DNA of 64,000 nucleotides from Actinomycetes bacterium (GTDB lineage Bacteria > Actinomycetota > Acidimicrobiia > Acidimicrobiales > JAMCPL01), in assembly GCA_021841005.1 (NCBI GenBank), contig JAKBVZ010000035.1, positions 143,557 to 207,556 of the forward strand. Direction: 5' to 3'. Positions 44,767 to 55,606 of this stretch are shown here, piece after piece (within the stretch, counting starts at the first letter, position 1; each line of letters opens with the position of its first letter). The notes under the pieces are model-generated. The model ran no database searches. It was not told where the DNA came from and was given only the letters and a program-made list of their open reading frames with translations. The translations under genes and the position numbers were made by a program.

Positions 44767-47701
44767 GGTTCGAGTTTACGAGTTGGCGCGGGAGCTTGGA
44801 CTTACTAATAAGGAAGCTCTTAGCCTGTGCGAATCCTTGGGTATTGGCGTAAAGGGCCACTCTTCGTCTATGGAAGTGGCTCAGGCCGATCGCGTTCGCA
44901 GGAAGGCTGAACGTGAGGGCCTCAAGAGAGATGTTTCATCGCCAGAGGGTGGTGTGCCCGCAGAAGGTGGTAAAGATACGGTGACTGCCAGATCCACCAA
45001 GCCCACCAAGGCCGTAGCACCATCCAAGGCTGGAGTGGCGGGAGAGGCTGCCGAGCCGGCCAGGGCTACCAAGGCTACCAGGTCCACCAAGGCTACAACT
45101 GATCAGGCCGCCGCTGCCACTAAGCCGGCAGCAGCCACTAAAACCACCAGATCCACCAAGCCCGCCAAGGCTACAACTGATCAGCTAGCAGCAGCTACCA
45201 AGCCAGCACCATCCAAGGCTGGAGTGGCGGGAGAGGCTGCCGAGCCGGTACCTGCGTCTTTCGCAGGGGATCTTCGGGCGGCAGCGCCGCATACAGAGCA
45301 GGATCTCGGCAAACATCCAGAAAACTTGCAACCTGGCGTGGCTGCTGCAGTTCGGGAGGGTCGACCGAGCGGCACTAAGTCGGAGGATGGCAGGACCGGC
45401 GGCAAGCCGGCTGCGGCGCAAGCGGCCGTGCCCAGCGAATCCAAGAGTGGCAGGGGTGGGCATGGGGCAATTACAGGCAAGCCGATTCCACCACCTCCGC
45501 GTCAGCCGATGAGCACGTCAGGAAAGCCGATCCCACCACCTCCGCGTCCGCCGATGAGCACGTCAGGAAAGCCGATCCCACCACCTCCCGGCAGGGGAAA
45601 TACCATGTCATTTGGCGGGCGGAACTCTGGGTCCGGTCCGCTGGGCACGCTCGAGCAACGTGGCAGCGATAGGGCTGAACGTTCTTCTAGGATTTCGAGA
45701 CCTCGCGGAGATTACACGGCCACTGCAGGGGCTAGGCGTAGTGGGGATGCGCGCTTCGGTGGCATAGGCGTCGTGCCCGGGCCGGCACCATCTCCACCAA
45801 GGCTGGGACAGAGAGGTCCAGGCCGTCAGCAGCCCAAGCGATCGAAGCGCAGGAGACGCAATGTGGAGGAGTTGGAGCCTACCCAGCTCACAGAATACAA
45901 GGCTTCTGATGCTCCGGTACCGGAGGGGGAGATTATCGTGGAGCGCGGCTGTACCCCGCAGGATCTCGGGCCCAAACTCAATCGCTCTGCGGGTGATATT
46001 ATACGATATATATTGTTCCAGGGGGAGATGGTTACGGCTACGCAGCCGTTGACCGATGACATGATCGAACTGTTTGCCGCCGAACTGGGAGCTCAGGTTA
46101 GATTGGTGGATCCCGGTCAGGAAGAAGAGGCGGCGCTCAAGGCGCGTTATGTGGATAGCGATATCGAGATTGCCGAGAGTGAACTCGAGCCGCGAGGCCC
46201 GGTGGTTACCGTCATGGGGCATGTAGATCATGGTAAGACCTTATTGCTGGATAGGATCAGGTCATCCAACGTGGCGGCTGGTGAATCCGGCGGCATTACC
46301 CAGCATATAGGGGCATACCAGGTTGCGGCGGGTGACAGGCTGATTACTTTTGTGGACACTCCGGGACATGAAGCATTCACGGCTATGCGTGCCAGAGGTG
46401 CTCAAGTCACCGACATCGTGGTCTTGGTGGTTGCCGCTGACGATGGAGTCATGCCACAGACCGTGGAGGCGATAGACCATGCTCGCAGTGCGATGGTTCC
46501 AATTGTGGTTGCAGTGAACAAGGTGGACAGGCCAGACGCTGACGTCAACCGGACATTGCAACAACTTGCTGAACATGGCCTGGTACCCGAGGCATGGGGA
46601 GGGGATACCGTCGTATGCGAGGTGTCTGCGCTCGGGGGAACTGGTATCCAGAATTTGCTGGATCATATTGCTCTCGTTGCAGACCTGGAGGAACTCAAGA
46701 GTACCTCGTCAGGCAGGGCTGTTGCGGTGGTGCTCGAGGGCAACCTTGATCCGGGGAGGGGACCGCTTGCTACCGTGATTGTTTCGCGGGGCACGTTGAA
46801 GATCGGGGACGCTGTTGTTGCGGGAGCTGCGTGGGGACGCGTAAAGGCACTGGTCGGCTCCGACGGGATGCAAGTGTCGAGTGCCGGCCCGGCGACACCG
46901 GTTCAGGTGCTTGGATTCTCGCGCCCTCCCTCGGCCGGTGATGAGATGTATGTCACCAAAGATCTTCCCTCTGCGAAGGCCATGGGAGAGGCCGTGGAGC
47001 GTCGTTCTCGTGCATTGGGGCGTATAGCTACGATTACATCGCCTGGCGTGAAGCTTGAAAATATTTTCGAACAGATCCAGCGAGGAGAGCGTGCCGATCT
47101 TAACTTGATTGTCAAGGCGGACGGCCAGGGTACGCTCCAGGCTGTTTCCGATAGCCTGGAGAAGCTGGATAGGGAGGAGGTGGGGATCAATTTCCTGCAC
47201 AAGGGGGTAGGCGGCATCACCGAGAGCGATGTCCAGCTGGCGGTTGCCTCCAATGCGACGGTCATAGGATTCAATGTGAGGCCGGATAGACGATCGAGGG
47301 AACTTGCCGAAGCCCGCGGGGTGGACATTCGTACTTACGAGATAATATATAAGCTTATCGAAGACATAGAGTCTGCTGTCCTTGGCATGCTTGTTCCTGA
47401 CGTGGAGGAGCATGTGACAGGGGAAGCTGAGGTCCGTGATGTGTTCCGGGTTCCAAGGGTAGGAGCGGTTGCCGGATGCTATGTACGTGACGGCACGATT
47501 AGTCGAGGGTCCAAGGTGCGTTTCCTCCGCGACGGAATAGTTATATGGAATGGATCCATAACGTCGCTGAAGAGATTCAAGGAGGACGCGAGAGAGGTGC
47601 AATCGGGCTTCGAGTGTGGCGTGGGACTGTCGGATTTCCAAGATCTGAAAGCAGGCGATGTCATAGAGACGTACGTGGAGGTTACGGTAGCTCGGCAGTA
47701 G
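44756..47701 (+). CDS. infB: Translation initiation factor IF-2
   Basis: MAGKVRVYELARELG N-terminus, G domain VTVMGHVDHGKTLLLD...DTPGHEAF...NKVD, and conserved C-terminal domains. The N-terminal region is repeat-rich. Confidence 0.95.
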   Translation: MAGKVRVYELARELGLTNKEALSLCESLGIGVKGHSSSMEVAQADRVRRKAEREGLKRDVSSPEGGVPAEGGKDTVTARSTKPTKAVAPSKAGVAGEAAEPARATKATRSTKATTDQAAAATKPAAATKTTRSTKPAKATTDQLAAATKPAPSKAGVAGEAAEPVPASFAGDLRAAAPHTEQDLGKHPENLQPGVAAAVREGRPSGTKSEDGRTGGKPAAAQAAVPSESKSGRGGHGAITGKPIPPPPRQPMSTSGKPIPPPPRPPMSTSGKPIPPPPGRGNTMSFGGRNSGSGPLGTLEQRGSDRAERSSRISRPRGDYTATAGARRSGDARFGGIGVVPGPAPSPPRLGQRGPGRQQPKRSKRRRRNVEELEPTQLTEYKASDAPVPEGEIIVERGCTPQDLGPKLNRSAGDIIRYILFQGEMVTATQPLTDDMIELFAAELGAQVRLVDPGQEEEAALKARYVDSDIEIAESELEPRGPVVTVMGHVDHGKTLLLDRIRSSNVAAGESGGITQHIGAYQVAAGDRLITFVDTPGHEAFTAMRARGAQVTDIVVLVVAADDGVMPQTVEAIDHARSAMVPIVVAVNKVDRPDADVNRTLQQLAEHGLVPEAWGGDTVVCEVSALGGTGIQNLLDHIALVADLEELKSTSSGRAVAVVLEGNLDPGRGPLATVIVSRGTLKIGDAVVAGAAWGRVKALVGSDGMQVSSAGPATPVQVLGFSRPPSAGDEMYVTKDLPSAKAMGEAVERRSRALGRIATITSPGVKLENIFEQIQRGERADLNLIVKADGQGTLQAVSDSLEKLDREEVGINFLHKGVGGITESDVQLAVASNATVIGFNVRPDRRSRELAEARGVDIRTYEIIYKLIEDIESAVLGMLVPDVEEHVTGEAEVRDVFRVPRVGAVAGCYVRDGTISRGSKVRFLRDGIVIWNGSITSLKRFKEDAREVQSGFECGVGLSDFQDLKAGDVIETYVEVTVARQ
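45479..45590. repeat. 45-nt in-frame tandem repeat (about 2.5 copies) inside infB
   Basis: Encodes KPIPPPPR(Q/P)PMSTSG repeated. Read directly from the sequence. Confidence 0.9.
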
Positions 47702-47890
47702 CCAAGCATGCGTGAGGTATCCTCCTACTGATGCAACTGGTTGCATCGTCGCGAAGGAAGGGCGGTGTTTCGTCCAGCAAAGCATTCATAAGGCTCATCC
47801 GCTATGCCAACTGGTCATGTTGTGGCGAATGGGTGGCAGGCCTTGACCATCGCATGTATACGCTGTACCATGAGCAAGGAGGTGAGAGTC

Positions 47891-48268
47891 ATGTCATCAT
47901 GGTCTTCTCGTGGTCAGATGAGGACATTTTCACGTATGGCAAGAGTCAACGAGCTGCTCAGAGAGATCGTAGCCGAAGAGGTGGAGAGGATCCCGGATTT
48001 TGATGAGATTGCTGGCATAGTCACTGTTACCGGAGTGGAAGTGTCTGCGGACTTGGATCATGCAACTGTATACGTCAGCTTGCTCAGCGATGAGGTGCTG
48101 GAAGTGTTCGAGGCCGCGAGGAGTGATATACAACATGCCATAAGTCGGCAAGCCAAGCTGAAGAGGACGCCGCGGCTGGCATTTCAGGCCGATCCAGCCA
48201 TAGAGGAAGGCGAAAAGGTCGAATCAGTGTTGCGAAGGATACGCTCGGTAGATGGATACACTCGGTAG
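47891..48268 (+). CDS. rbfA: Ribosome-binding factor A
   Basis: RMARVNELLREIVAEEV...VTVTGVEVSADLDHATVYV pattern. AAGGAGGTGA SD lies 6 nt before ATG 47891. The ORF-track start 47804 was rejected. Confidence 0.85.
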   Translation: MSSWSSRGQMRTFSRMARVNELLREIVAEEVERIPDFDEIAGIVTVTGVEVSADLDHATVYVSLLSDEVLEVFEAARSDIQHAISRQAKLKRTPRLAFQADPAIEEGEKVESVLRRIRSVDGYTR

Positions 48269-48361
48269 ATGGATAGGATGGTTCAGGATGCCTGGATGCG
48301 TAATCAATCGTGATAAGATACGTGTGTATGCTGTTATCTGCGGCATGCTGAGGGCCTGCAC

Positions 48362-49285
48362 ATGGGCAGTGTGAGTTCTCGAGCAGGATTGCCAAGTGGA
48401 GGTCTTCGTGCCGCGGCGGCCGGTGAATTGTCTGGCCTTGTGATCGTGGACAAGGAGGAGGGGTGGACGTCTCACGATGTTGTGGCAAGGCTCAGAAGGC
48501 TCTTAGGTCAACGCAGGATCGGACATGCTGGAACCCTGGATCCGGATGCCACTGGGGTGTTGCTCGTCGGGGTGGGTCGCTTCACTCGTGCGCTCAGGTT
48601 CCTCTCGGGACTTCCCAAGACTTACCATTGCGAGATGGTACTGGGTTCCACCACGGATACTCTCGATGCCAGTGGCGAGGTGGTGGGCAATTGGGACATG
48701 TCAGATCTCTCGCTTACCGATGTAAGACGTGCAGCCCTGGGGCTTACTGGGGAGATAGAGCAGGTTCCTCCGATGTTCTCTGCTGTCAAGGTTGGTGGCG
48801 AGAGGTTGTACAGCAAGGCGAGGCGAGGGGAGATCGTAGAGAGAAAGAGCCGTAGGGTGACAGTGCATTCATTTGAGGTGATGGAGCCCGTGGCGCCTGG
48901 TATATTCCCCGCCGGCGTGGTCTGCTCGACCGGTACCTACGTGCGTACGCTTGTTGCTGATCTTGGAGTTGCGCTCGGAGGGGGTGCTCACTTGCGAAAT
49001 TTGCGAAGGATCAGTGTTGGTTCCTTTTCGGTCGATGACGCAAGGACGGTGGAGGAGGTATCTCCGGGCAGCCTGCTCACCCCAGCACAGGCCCTCAGGG
49101 ATCTGGAGCAGGTGCATGTAGACGATGAGGTGGCTGACCTGGCAAGACGTCGTATGCCCTTGGATCGAGTCTCCATTGGCGCTCGGGGAGCTGGGCCATT
49201 TGCGCTCGTGAATGCATCAGGAATGCTCGTGGCCATCTATGAAGCGACCGCCACCGACAGGCTTGTGGCTGGCTTGGTGCTTTAA
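48362..49285 (+). CDS. truB: tRNA pseudouridine(55) synthase TruB
   Basis: VDKEEGWTSHDVV...GHAGTLDPDATGVLLVGVG catalytic Asp motif. Exact start is uncertain. Confidence 0.9.
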   Translation: MGSVSSRAGLPSGGLRAAAAGELSGLVIVDKEEGWTSHDVVARLRRLLGQRRIGHAGTLDPDATGVLLVGVGRFTRALRFLSGLPKTYHCEMVLGSTTDTLDASGEVVGNWDMSDLSLTDVRRAALGLTGEIEQVPPMFSAVKVGGERLYSKARRGEIVERKSRRVTVHSFEVMEPVAPGIFPAGVVCSTGTYVRTLVADLGVALGGGAHLRNLRRISVGSFSVDDARTVEEVSPGSLLTPAQALRDLEQVHVDDEVADLARRRMPLDRVSIGARGAGPFALVNASGMLVAIYEATATDRLVAGLVL

Positions 49286-49355
49286 GCGGTACAGCGGATG
49301 TACTGCTGCTGGCCTGATTCCAATGCATGGAGAAACCGGCTAATCTCGATATGCA

Positions 49356-50330
49356 ATGAAAGTATTCCGTTCGCTCGAAGAAGTAAAAGGGCTTGACAGT
49401 GGATCGGCGGTGACCATAGGCGTGTATGACGGCGTGCATCTGGGGCATCGCAAGATCCTTGATGAGTTGCGAGTACGTGCAGGCAACCTGGGCTTACCAT
49501 CGGTGGTGATCACCTTCGATCCCCATCCTGCAACGATCGTCAAACCGGATGCCGTGCCTCCATTGATATGTTCTATCGATCAGCGCCTGGAGTTGCTCGC
49601 GGGTGCCGGGGTGGATGTTGCCATAGTGGTGCCATTCGACAGCGAGTTCAGGAATGAGGATGCATCTGAATTCATCGACAGGGTAATTGTGGATTGTTGC
49701 CACGCGAAATCGGTGGTGGTGGGCGCTGACTTTCGCTTCGGCAGGGGCAGGGAAGGTGACACAGAGATGCTCAGTTCGCTGGGCGAGAAAAAGGGTTATG
49801 TGAGTACAGGCATCCCACTTTCTTATAACGGCGCCGGAAATAAAATATCTTCGTCAAAGGTGAGAGAACTCATAGCGACCGGCAACGTGGATGCCGCATC
49901 GCGGCTGCTTGGTAGGTTCTTCGAGATTACAGGCTACGTTGTCCGGGGGCATCACCGTGGTGGTCCCTTGCTGGGGTTTCCAACTGCCAATCTCCAGGTG
50001 GACCGTCAATTGGCCGTGCCAGCGGAGGGTGTATATGCCTGCTGGTACGTGAGGTCGCATCCTGGAGACGGATCGTTCATGCGTGGCAGGGTACTTCCCG
50101 CCGCGGTGTCCATAGGAGCGAACTCCACTTTCACCAACGAGGGTTCTGTGTCCGTTGAAGCACACCTACTGGATTTCAGAGGTGATCTCTACGAAGAGGG
50201 AGCGTCTGTCAGATTCGTGGAAAGGATCAGGAGCCAGGAACGTTATGCTTCCCATGATGCGCTCAAGAGCCAGATTTCAAAAGACATAGGGGAGGTCAGG
50301 AAGGTGCTTCATGTTCAGGGGCCCGCCTGA
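49356..50330 (+). CDS. ribF: Bifunctional riboflavin kinase/FMN adenylyltransferase
   Basis: TIGVYDGVHLGHRKIL, ISSSKVRELI, and GFPTANL motifs. Confidence 0.9.
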   Translation: MKVFRSLEEVKGLDSGSAVTIGVYDGVHLGHRKILDELRVRAGNLGLPSVVITFDPHPATIVKPDAVPPLICSIDQRLELLAGAGVDVAIVVPFDSEFRNEDASEFIDRVIVDCCHAKSVVVGADFRFGRGREGDTEMLSSLGEKKGYVSTGIPLSYNGAGNKISSSKVRELIATGNVDAASRLLGRFFEITGYVVRGHHRGGPLLGFPTANLQVDRQLAVPAEGVYACWYVRSHPGDGSFMRGRVLPAAVSIGANSTFTNEGSVSVEAHLLDFRGDLYEEGASVRFVERIRSQERYASHDALKSQISKDIGEVRKVLHVQGPA

Positions 50331-51033
50331 CGGCGTCACTGCTGCCGTCACTGGTACCACCGTGGCTGCTGCTGGCACCACTGTAGCTGTAACCGCCCTC
50401 GGCTTGGCGTTCAGTGTGGCTGGTGACAAGGGGTGCAAATGGCGTATGTTCCATCAGTAGCGTGTCAAACCACTTAAGTAGCGATATACCGGGCACTGAC
50501 AGCAGCCATACGAACAAGGCGCCGAAGAGCATCCCGCCTACGACATCGAAAGGATAGTGGGCTCCCACGTATACCCGGTCGAAACAGAGGAACAGCCCTG
50601 CAATGGCGGTTACCCACGCCAGTACATCCTTACGCGTGATCCAAATTCCTGCGATGACGGCCCCGGCAATTGTTGCATGCCCGCTGGGGAAGGCGTATCC
50701 GTGTGTCTTGGCCACCAGCACCTCCACGTGTTGAAGCACCCAGTAGGGGCGCACTTCACCGAACAACGGCTTCATGCCAAAATGCGCTATTACCCATGCA
50801 ATCACGGTTCCGCCAGCCGCCCACAGCACCCTAGCGACAGATAGGGCTGGATTGCCTGCGGACCGGCTGATCCACCATGCAACGAGAAGAAGGATGGCGA
50901 GCAAGGCAAGCCCTCCAAAGTGCGCATAGAACGCCATGAAGCCATGTGCCCACGGCGTATGTTTCGCAAAGCTGTTGATATCGAGGTACCAGCGTGTATT
51001 CAGCGATTTCAGCTCGTTCATCAGTGTGACCAT
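50296..51033 (-). CDS. PAP2-family phosphatase (membrane)
   Basis: KPLFGEVRP, PSGHA, and RVYVGAHYPFDVVGG acid-phosphatase motifs. The 3' end overlaps ribF by 35 nt (convergent). Confidence 0.8.
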   Translation of the reverse strand: MVTLMNELKSLNTRWYLDINSFAKHTPWAHGFMAFYAHFGGLALLAILLLVAWWISRSAGNPALSVARVLWAAGGTVIAWVIAHFGMKPLFGEVRPYWVLQHVEVLVAKTHGYAFPSGHATIAGAVIAGIWITRKDVLAWVTAIAGLFLCFDRVYVGAHYPFDVVGGMLFGALFVWLLSVPGISLLKWFDTLLMEHTPFAPLVTSHTERQAEGGYSYSGASSSHGGTSDGSSDAVRRAPEHEAPS

Positions 51034-51180
51034 GCCTCCGATTCTGGTGATGATGTGTTCTCCACATGGCTTTCACGTTGCCATATGCTCTTGCGTGCAG
51101 TATAATAGGTTGCTATCCGCAGGTGCAGGTCGGTGAGACTGAAATAGATATAGATTATAGATGAGGTATAGTAAGGTTCC

Positions 51181-51438
51181 ATGATTGATAAGACAGCGAT
51201 TATTGATGGGCATAGAGTGCATCCTACGGATACAGGGTCGCCTGAGGTACAGGTGGCACTCCTTACGGCGCGCATATCGCACCTTACTGAGCATCTCAAG
51301 GCGCACAAGGGAGATCACCATACACGGAGGGGCCTGCTCATGCTTATCGGCAAGCGACGCCGTCTCCTTGACTACCTACACCGCAATGATGCTGAGCGTT
51401 ACAGGGCGCTGATTGCAAAGTTGGGTATACGGCGTTGA
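51181..51438 (+). CDS. rpsO: 30S ribosomal protein S15
   Basis: [49 protein letters not shown]. Confidence 0.92.
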   Translation: MIDKTAIIDGHRVHPTDTGSPEVQVALLTARISHLTEHLKAHKGDHHTRRGLLMLIGKRRRLLDYLHRNDAERYRALIAKLGIRR

Positions 51439-51753
51439 CCTGACAGCGTGCCTCGTGACTGTTACACTCTTTGTGTAGCGTTTCATGAGTGTTGCAAAGC
51501 GCGGTGTAATCGTCTAGGCGACAGGTTGTTGGCAGGGTAGGTATAAGGATGCTTAGGCTGCCTGGATTTCCAATCCTCGTGGAACACTGCACTGAGCCAT
51601 AAGAGGAAGTTATGCTCGGCCAAGCGGTGAAGCGTTAGCTGCCAGTCGCCGATCACTATGAATTGTACATAGTGGTGGTCGACTACTGGGAACTGGTTTC
51701 ACTGTTACATGCCGCACGACTTCTCCTGCCAACGAAAATAAGGAAGGAAATAT

Positions 51754-54237
51754 ATGAATGAAATTGTGAGCGTGTCTGCTCCCGTACCTGGTACGGATGT
51801 TGTCATGTCGTTCGAAACCGGTAAGCTTGCTTTGCAGGCAGATGGTGCCGTAGTCGCCAGGTTGGGTGATACCATGGTGCTGGCCACTGCAACCGCGTCC
51901 AAGGCACCGAGGGAAGGGGCTGATTTTTTTCCTCTTACCATCGATGTGGAAGAAAGGATGTATGCTGCCGGGAAGATCCCTGGATCATTCTTTCGCAGGG
52001 AGGGGAGAGCAACAGAACAGGCCATCTTGAATGCGCGCCTTATCGACCGGCCGCTACGCCCGTGCTTTCCCGATGGATTCCGTAACGATGTCCACGTGGT
52101 AGCCACCGTACTGGGGGTGGATCTCATTAATCCGCACGATGTTCTTGCCATCAATGCAGCTTCGGCAGCATTGATGATATCTGGAATCCCGTTCGACGGC
52201 CCCGTCGGAGCGGTGAGGATAGCCTGGTCCAAACAGGGTATTTGGATAGCGCATCCCAGCTATAGCGATGGCGACGAGTCCTGCTTCGAGCTGGTTGTTG
52301 CCGGCAGGGCATTGAGCCAGAACGAGGAGAGCGACGTAGCAATCATGATGGTGGAAGCCGGCGGGACGGAAGCATCGTTCGAAAATTATGCTGCCGGTAC
52401 TCCGAAGGTGACCGAAGAGGTGATTGCCGATGGGCTGGAGGTGGCTAAAAAGTGGATCATGGAGTCCATCCGCCTTCAACGGAAATTGGTCGCTGGAGCT
52501 ACCGCTAGAGATACCGCTGGTGATCGTATCAAGACATACGAACTGTTCAGCGACTGTCCTGACGATATAAGGGCTGTTGTCGAGAATCGTGTGTCCGGCA
52601 GGATGAAAGAGGTGCTGTCCATCATGGAGAAAGCCGGGAGGGAGGCTGCTCTTACTACTTTGACCGACGAGACGGTGAACGCATTGCAGGATGAGTTTCC
52701 TGATCAGGAAGCGGCCATCCGATCGGCAGTGCGTAGCACCATGAAGAAGGTGCTACGCAAGAGGGTTATCGAAGAGGGAATACGAGCTGATGGGCGCGGT
52801 ATCGAGGAAGTTCGACCGTTGTACATTGAAGTGGGTTTGATTCCCACCGCTCACGGTTCAGCCCTGTTCCAGCGCGGAGAGACACAGGTTCTCAATGTCA
52901 CCACGTTGGGCATGCCCAGGATGAACCAGCTTCTGGACAGCATCGGCATCGACGAGACCAAACGTTACATGCACCACTACAATATGCCCCCGTACTCCAC
53001 AGGAGAGGCGGGCTTCATGCGCGGTCCCAAGCGCAGGGAAATCGGTCACGGTCTGTTGGCGGAAAGAGCATTGGTTCCTGTAATTCCCAGAGAGTCAGAG
53101 TTTCCTTATACCCTCAGGCTTGTTTCGGAAGCGGTATCTTCGAACGGCTCCACTTCCATGGCATCAGTGTGTGGTTCGACACTATCGCTCATGGATGCCG
53201 GTGTTCCCGTACGGGAAGCGGTGGCCGGTGTGGCAATGGGCCTCATCCATGATGATAGCAGCTATGTCACCTTGACCGATATCCTTGGCATGGAGGATGC
53301 TCTTGGCGATATGGATTTCAAGGTTGCGGGGACACGAGACTCCGTTACCGCGTTACAGCTGGATACGAAGATAGACGGCATACCCGCTGAAGTGCTTGCA
53401 CAGGCGCTCCAGCAGGCGAAGAGGGCCAGGTTGCACATTCTCGATGCCATGATGCAGGTGATTGACAAGCCCAGAGCGGCTGTCAGCAGCAACGCTCCCA
53501 AGATCGTGGCCTTCGAGATTCCCCAGGACAAGATCGGAGAGGTGATCGGTCCCAAAGGAAAGGTCATCAACACCTTGCAGGCGGAGACCGGCGCCGATAT
53601 TGCCATTGACGAAGAAGGCGGTGTGGCTACGGTTACTATCGGAGCCAAAGAGGGAAGCGCAGTAGAGGAAGCCAGGAGAAGAATCATGCTAATACTGGAT
53701 CCCCCGAAACCAGAAGTCGGTGCAGTCTATCCGGGCACTGTCGTGGGTGTGACCAAATTCGGCGCCTTCATCAATATCCTGCCGGGTAGAGACGGTCTTC
53801 TTCATATATCCAAGGTGGGTAGGGGAGCAAGAGTGGAACGGGTGGAGGATGTACTCAATGTCGGGGATAGGATCGACGTGGTTGTGGACTCCGTCGATGC
53901 AGACGGCAAGGTTTCGCTACTGTACGCTGACGAGCCGACGAGTGGGGGTGGTTCTCTGGATGCGAGCGGCAGGCGGGCCGGCAGTGAGGTGATGGCATCT
54001 TCTGCCAACTCGGACGACCTGGCTTCAGCCGGCCGCGAGAACCATGGCGATGAAGGGGCTACTGCCAAGAGTGACGATAATGTGGCAAATCTGGAAGTTG
54101 TCTCATTCGACGACGAGTTCGATCTGGAGATTGCTGGTGAAGTCGGTGACCTTGGTCCTACGTCAAGAGACTTTTCCGAGGATCGCTCCCGTTCCAGGCG
54201 AGATCCGCGCGGCCGGCGGAATCACAACAGGCGCTGA
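51754..54237 (+). CDS. pnp: Polyribonucleotide nucleotidyltransferase (PNPase)
   Basis: Two RNase PH domains (FFRREGR..., GHGLLAERAL), KH (IGEVIGPKGKVIN), and S1 (GTVVGVTKFGAFI). Extended acidic then basic C-terminal tail. Confidence 0.95.
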   Translation: MNEIVSVSAPVPGTDVVMSFETGKLALQADGAVVARLGDTMVLATATASKAPREGADFFPLTIDVEERMYAAGKIPGSFFRREGRATEQAILNARLIDRPLRPCFPDGFRNDVHVVATVLGVDLINPHDVLAINAASAALMISGIPFDGPVGAVRIAWSKQGIWIAHPSYSDGDESCFELVVAGRALSQNEESDVAIMMVEAGGTEASFENYAAGTPKVTEEVIADGLEVAKKWIMESIRLQRKLVAGATARDTAGDRIKTYELFSDCPDDIRAVVENRVSGRMKEVLSIMEKAGREAALTTLTDETVNALQDEFPDQEAAIRSAVRSTMKKVLRKRVIEEGIRADGRGIEEVRPLYIEVGLIPTAHGSALFQRGETQVLNVTTLGMPRMNQLLDSIGIDETKRYMHHYNMPPYSTGEAGFMRGPKRREIGHGLLAERALVPVIPRESEFPYTLRLVSEAVSSNGSTSMASVCGSTLSLMDAGVPVREAVAGVAMGLIHDDSSYVTLTDILGMEDALGDMDFKVAGTRDSVTALQLDTKIDGIPAEVLAQALQQAKRARLHILDAMMQVIDKPRAAVSSNAPKIVAFEIPQDKIGEVIGPKGKVINTLQAETGADIAIDEEGGVATVTIGAKEGSAVEEARRRIMLILDPPKPEVGAVYPGTVVGVTKFGAFINILPGRDGLLHISKVGRGARVERVEDVLNVGDRIDVVVDSVDADGKVSLLYADEPTSGGGSLDASGRRAGSEVMASSANSDDLASAGRENHGDEGATAKSDDNVANLEVVSFDDEFDLEIAGEVGDLGPTSRDFSEDRSRSRRDPRGRRNHNRR

Positions 54238-54336
54238 TCCTGCCGATGGCGCGGGTAGACAGAGTGTCGCACGGGCTGCAGCATAGCGGCTGCAGCGGGC
54301 AGAGAGGACGGGGATTATCGACGTCGTGTTCCAACT

Positions 54337-55593
54337 ATGATCAGGGAAGATAAGATACCTGGCGGTCTACGCCTGGTTACGGATGACATGCCTGATGCCC
54401 GCTCCGTGGCGTTGGGCGTGTTTATCGGCACAGGGTCGCGAGATGAGCCGGATCGGCTTGCAGGTGCCTCTCATTTGCTGGAGCATCTGATATTCAAGGG
54501 TACTGAGCAGCTGCCCGCCAAGAGTATAGCGACGGCAATAGACGTTATGGGTGGTGAAACCAATGGCTTCACTTCCAGGGAGTTGACCTATTTTTATGTC
54601 CGGGTACTCGCAGAGGACGTACCGGAAGCTGCCGGCATCCTTTTCAGCATGTTGACCGAGCCAGCGTTGAGGGAGAGTGATCTGGATGCCGAGCGCACGG
54701 TGGTGCTGGATGAGATTGCCATGAACCTGGACAGCCCGCACGATGTCTGCGCTCAAAGGTGTCAAGAGGCGTTGTTTGCCGGGCATTCCCTTGCAGGTGA
54801 AGTGTCGGGCACCGTGGAGAGCGTGTCGTCGATCAGCTCATCCGATCTAAGGGAGTGGTTCGACACTCATTACAGGTCGGAGAATATAGTGATTGCTGCA
54901 GCGGGCGCATTGGATCATGACCAATTGGCCTCGCTCGTTACCAAGGGATTCGCATCCCGGTCCGGAGGAGGGAAACCGTCGAGGATGCCTCCAACCAATC
55001 GCCAGGATACCCTAGCGTATCAGGCAAAGGACACCGAACAGGCTAACATGGAAATGGCGATGAGAGGGCCAACTCGTCACGATGAGAACCGGTGGGCTGC
55101 TGACATCCTGGATCAGGTATTCGGTGGATCGATGTCATCTAGGCTATTCCAGGAAGTTCGGGAAAAAAGAGGTCTGGCATACTCGATATGGTCCGAGGTG
55201 GCTCGCTACGATGACGCGGGGTCATTCTCCATCAGTGCTGGGTGTGCTCCTGAAAAGCTGCATGAGGTAATTGGCATAGCGAAAGAGATGTTCGAGGAAG
55301 TGGCTGCCGGTGACATCACCGATGAAGAGGTCGATCTGGCCAAGAAGCACGTGAGGTCTGGCTTGCTGCTATCGCTGGAGCACCCGACGTCTCGGATGGT
55401 ACGTATGGGCACTTCGTTGTTGCACTATGATCGGGTGATGGAAGTTGACGAGGTGATGTCCAAGATCAGCGCGGTTGGTCTTGGTGACGTCACCGATGTG
55501 GCGTCGGCCCTGGCATCGAGACCCTGGACGCTGTCAGTGGTAGGTCCTTTTGACGAGAACGAGTTTGCCGGTTGGCAAGCAGCCGTACGCTGA
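54337..55593 (+). CDS. M16-family zinc peptidase (PepR-like)
   Basis: GASHLLEHLIFKGT HxxEH zinc motif. Position after pnp is common in actinobacteria. Confidence 0.88.
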   Translation: MIREDKIPGGLRLVTDDMPDARSVALGVFIGTGSRDEPDRLAGASHLLEHLIFKGTEQLPAKSIATAIDVMGGETNGFTSRELTYFYVRVLAEDVPEAAGILFSMLTEPALRESDLDAERTVVLDEIAMNLDSPHDVCAQRCQEALFAGHSLAGEVSGTVESVSSISSSDLREWFDTHYRSENIVIAAAGALDHDQLASLVTKGFASRSGGGKPSRMPPTNRQDTLAYQAKDTEQANMEMAMRGPTRHDENRWAADILDQVFGGSMSSRLFQEVREKRGLAYSIWSEVARYDDAGSFSISAGCAPEKLHEVIGIAKEMFEEVAAGDITDEEVDLAKKHVRSGLLLSLEHPTSRMVRMGTSLLHYDRVMEVDEVMSKISAVGLGDVTDVASALASRPWTLSVVGPFDENEFAGWQAAVR

Positions 55594-55606
55594 TCGTCGG
55601 GCTGGT

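Noticed and set aside
46709-47785. 358-aa ORF antisense to infB
   Set aside because: It lies entirely opposite the highly conserved IF-2 C-terminal domains, and its composition is not protein-like.
50296-50330. 35-nt convergent overlap of ribF and the PAP2 gene as a sign of a frameshift
   Set aside because: Both proteins have complete C-terminal motifs. Short convergent overlaps are common in compact GC-rich genomes.
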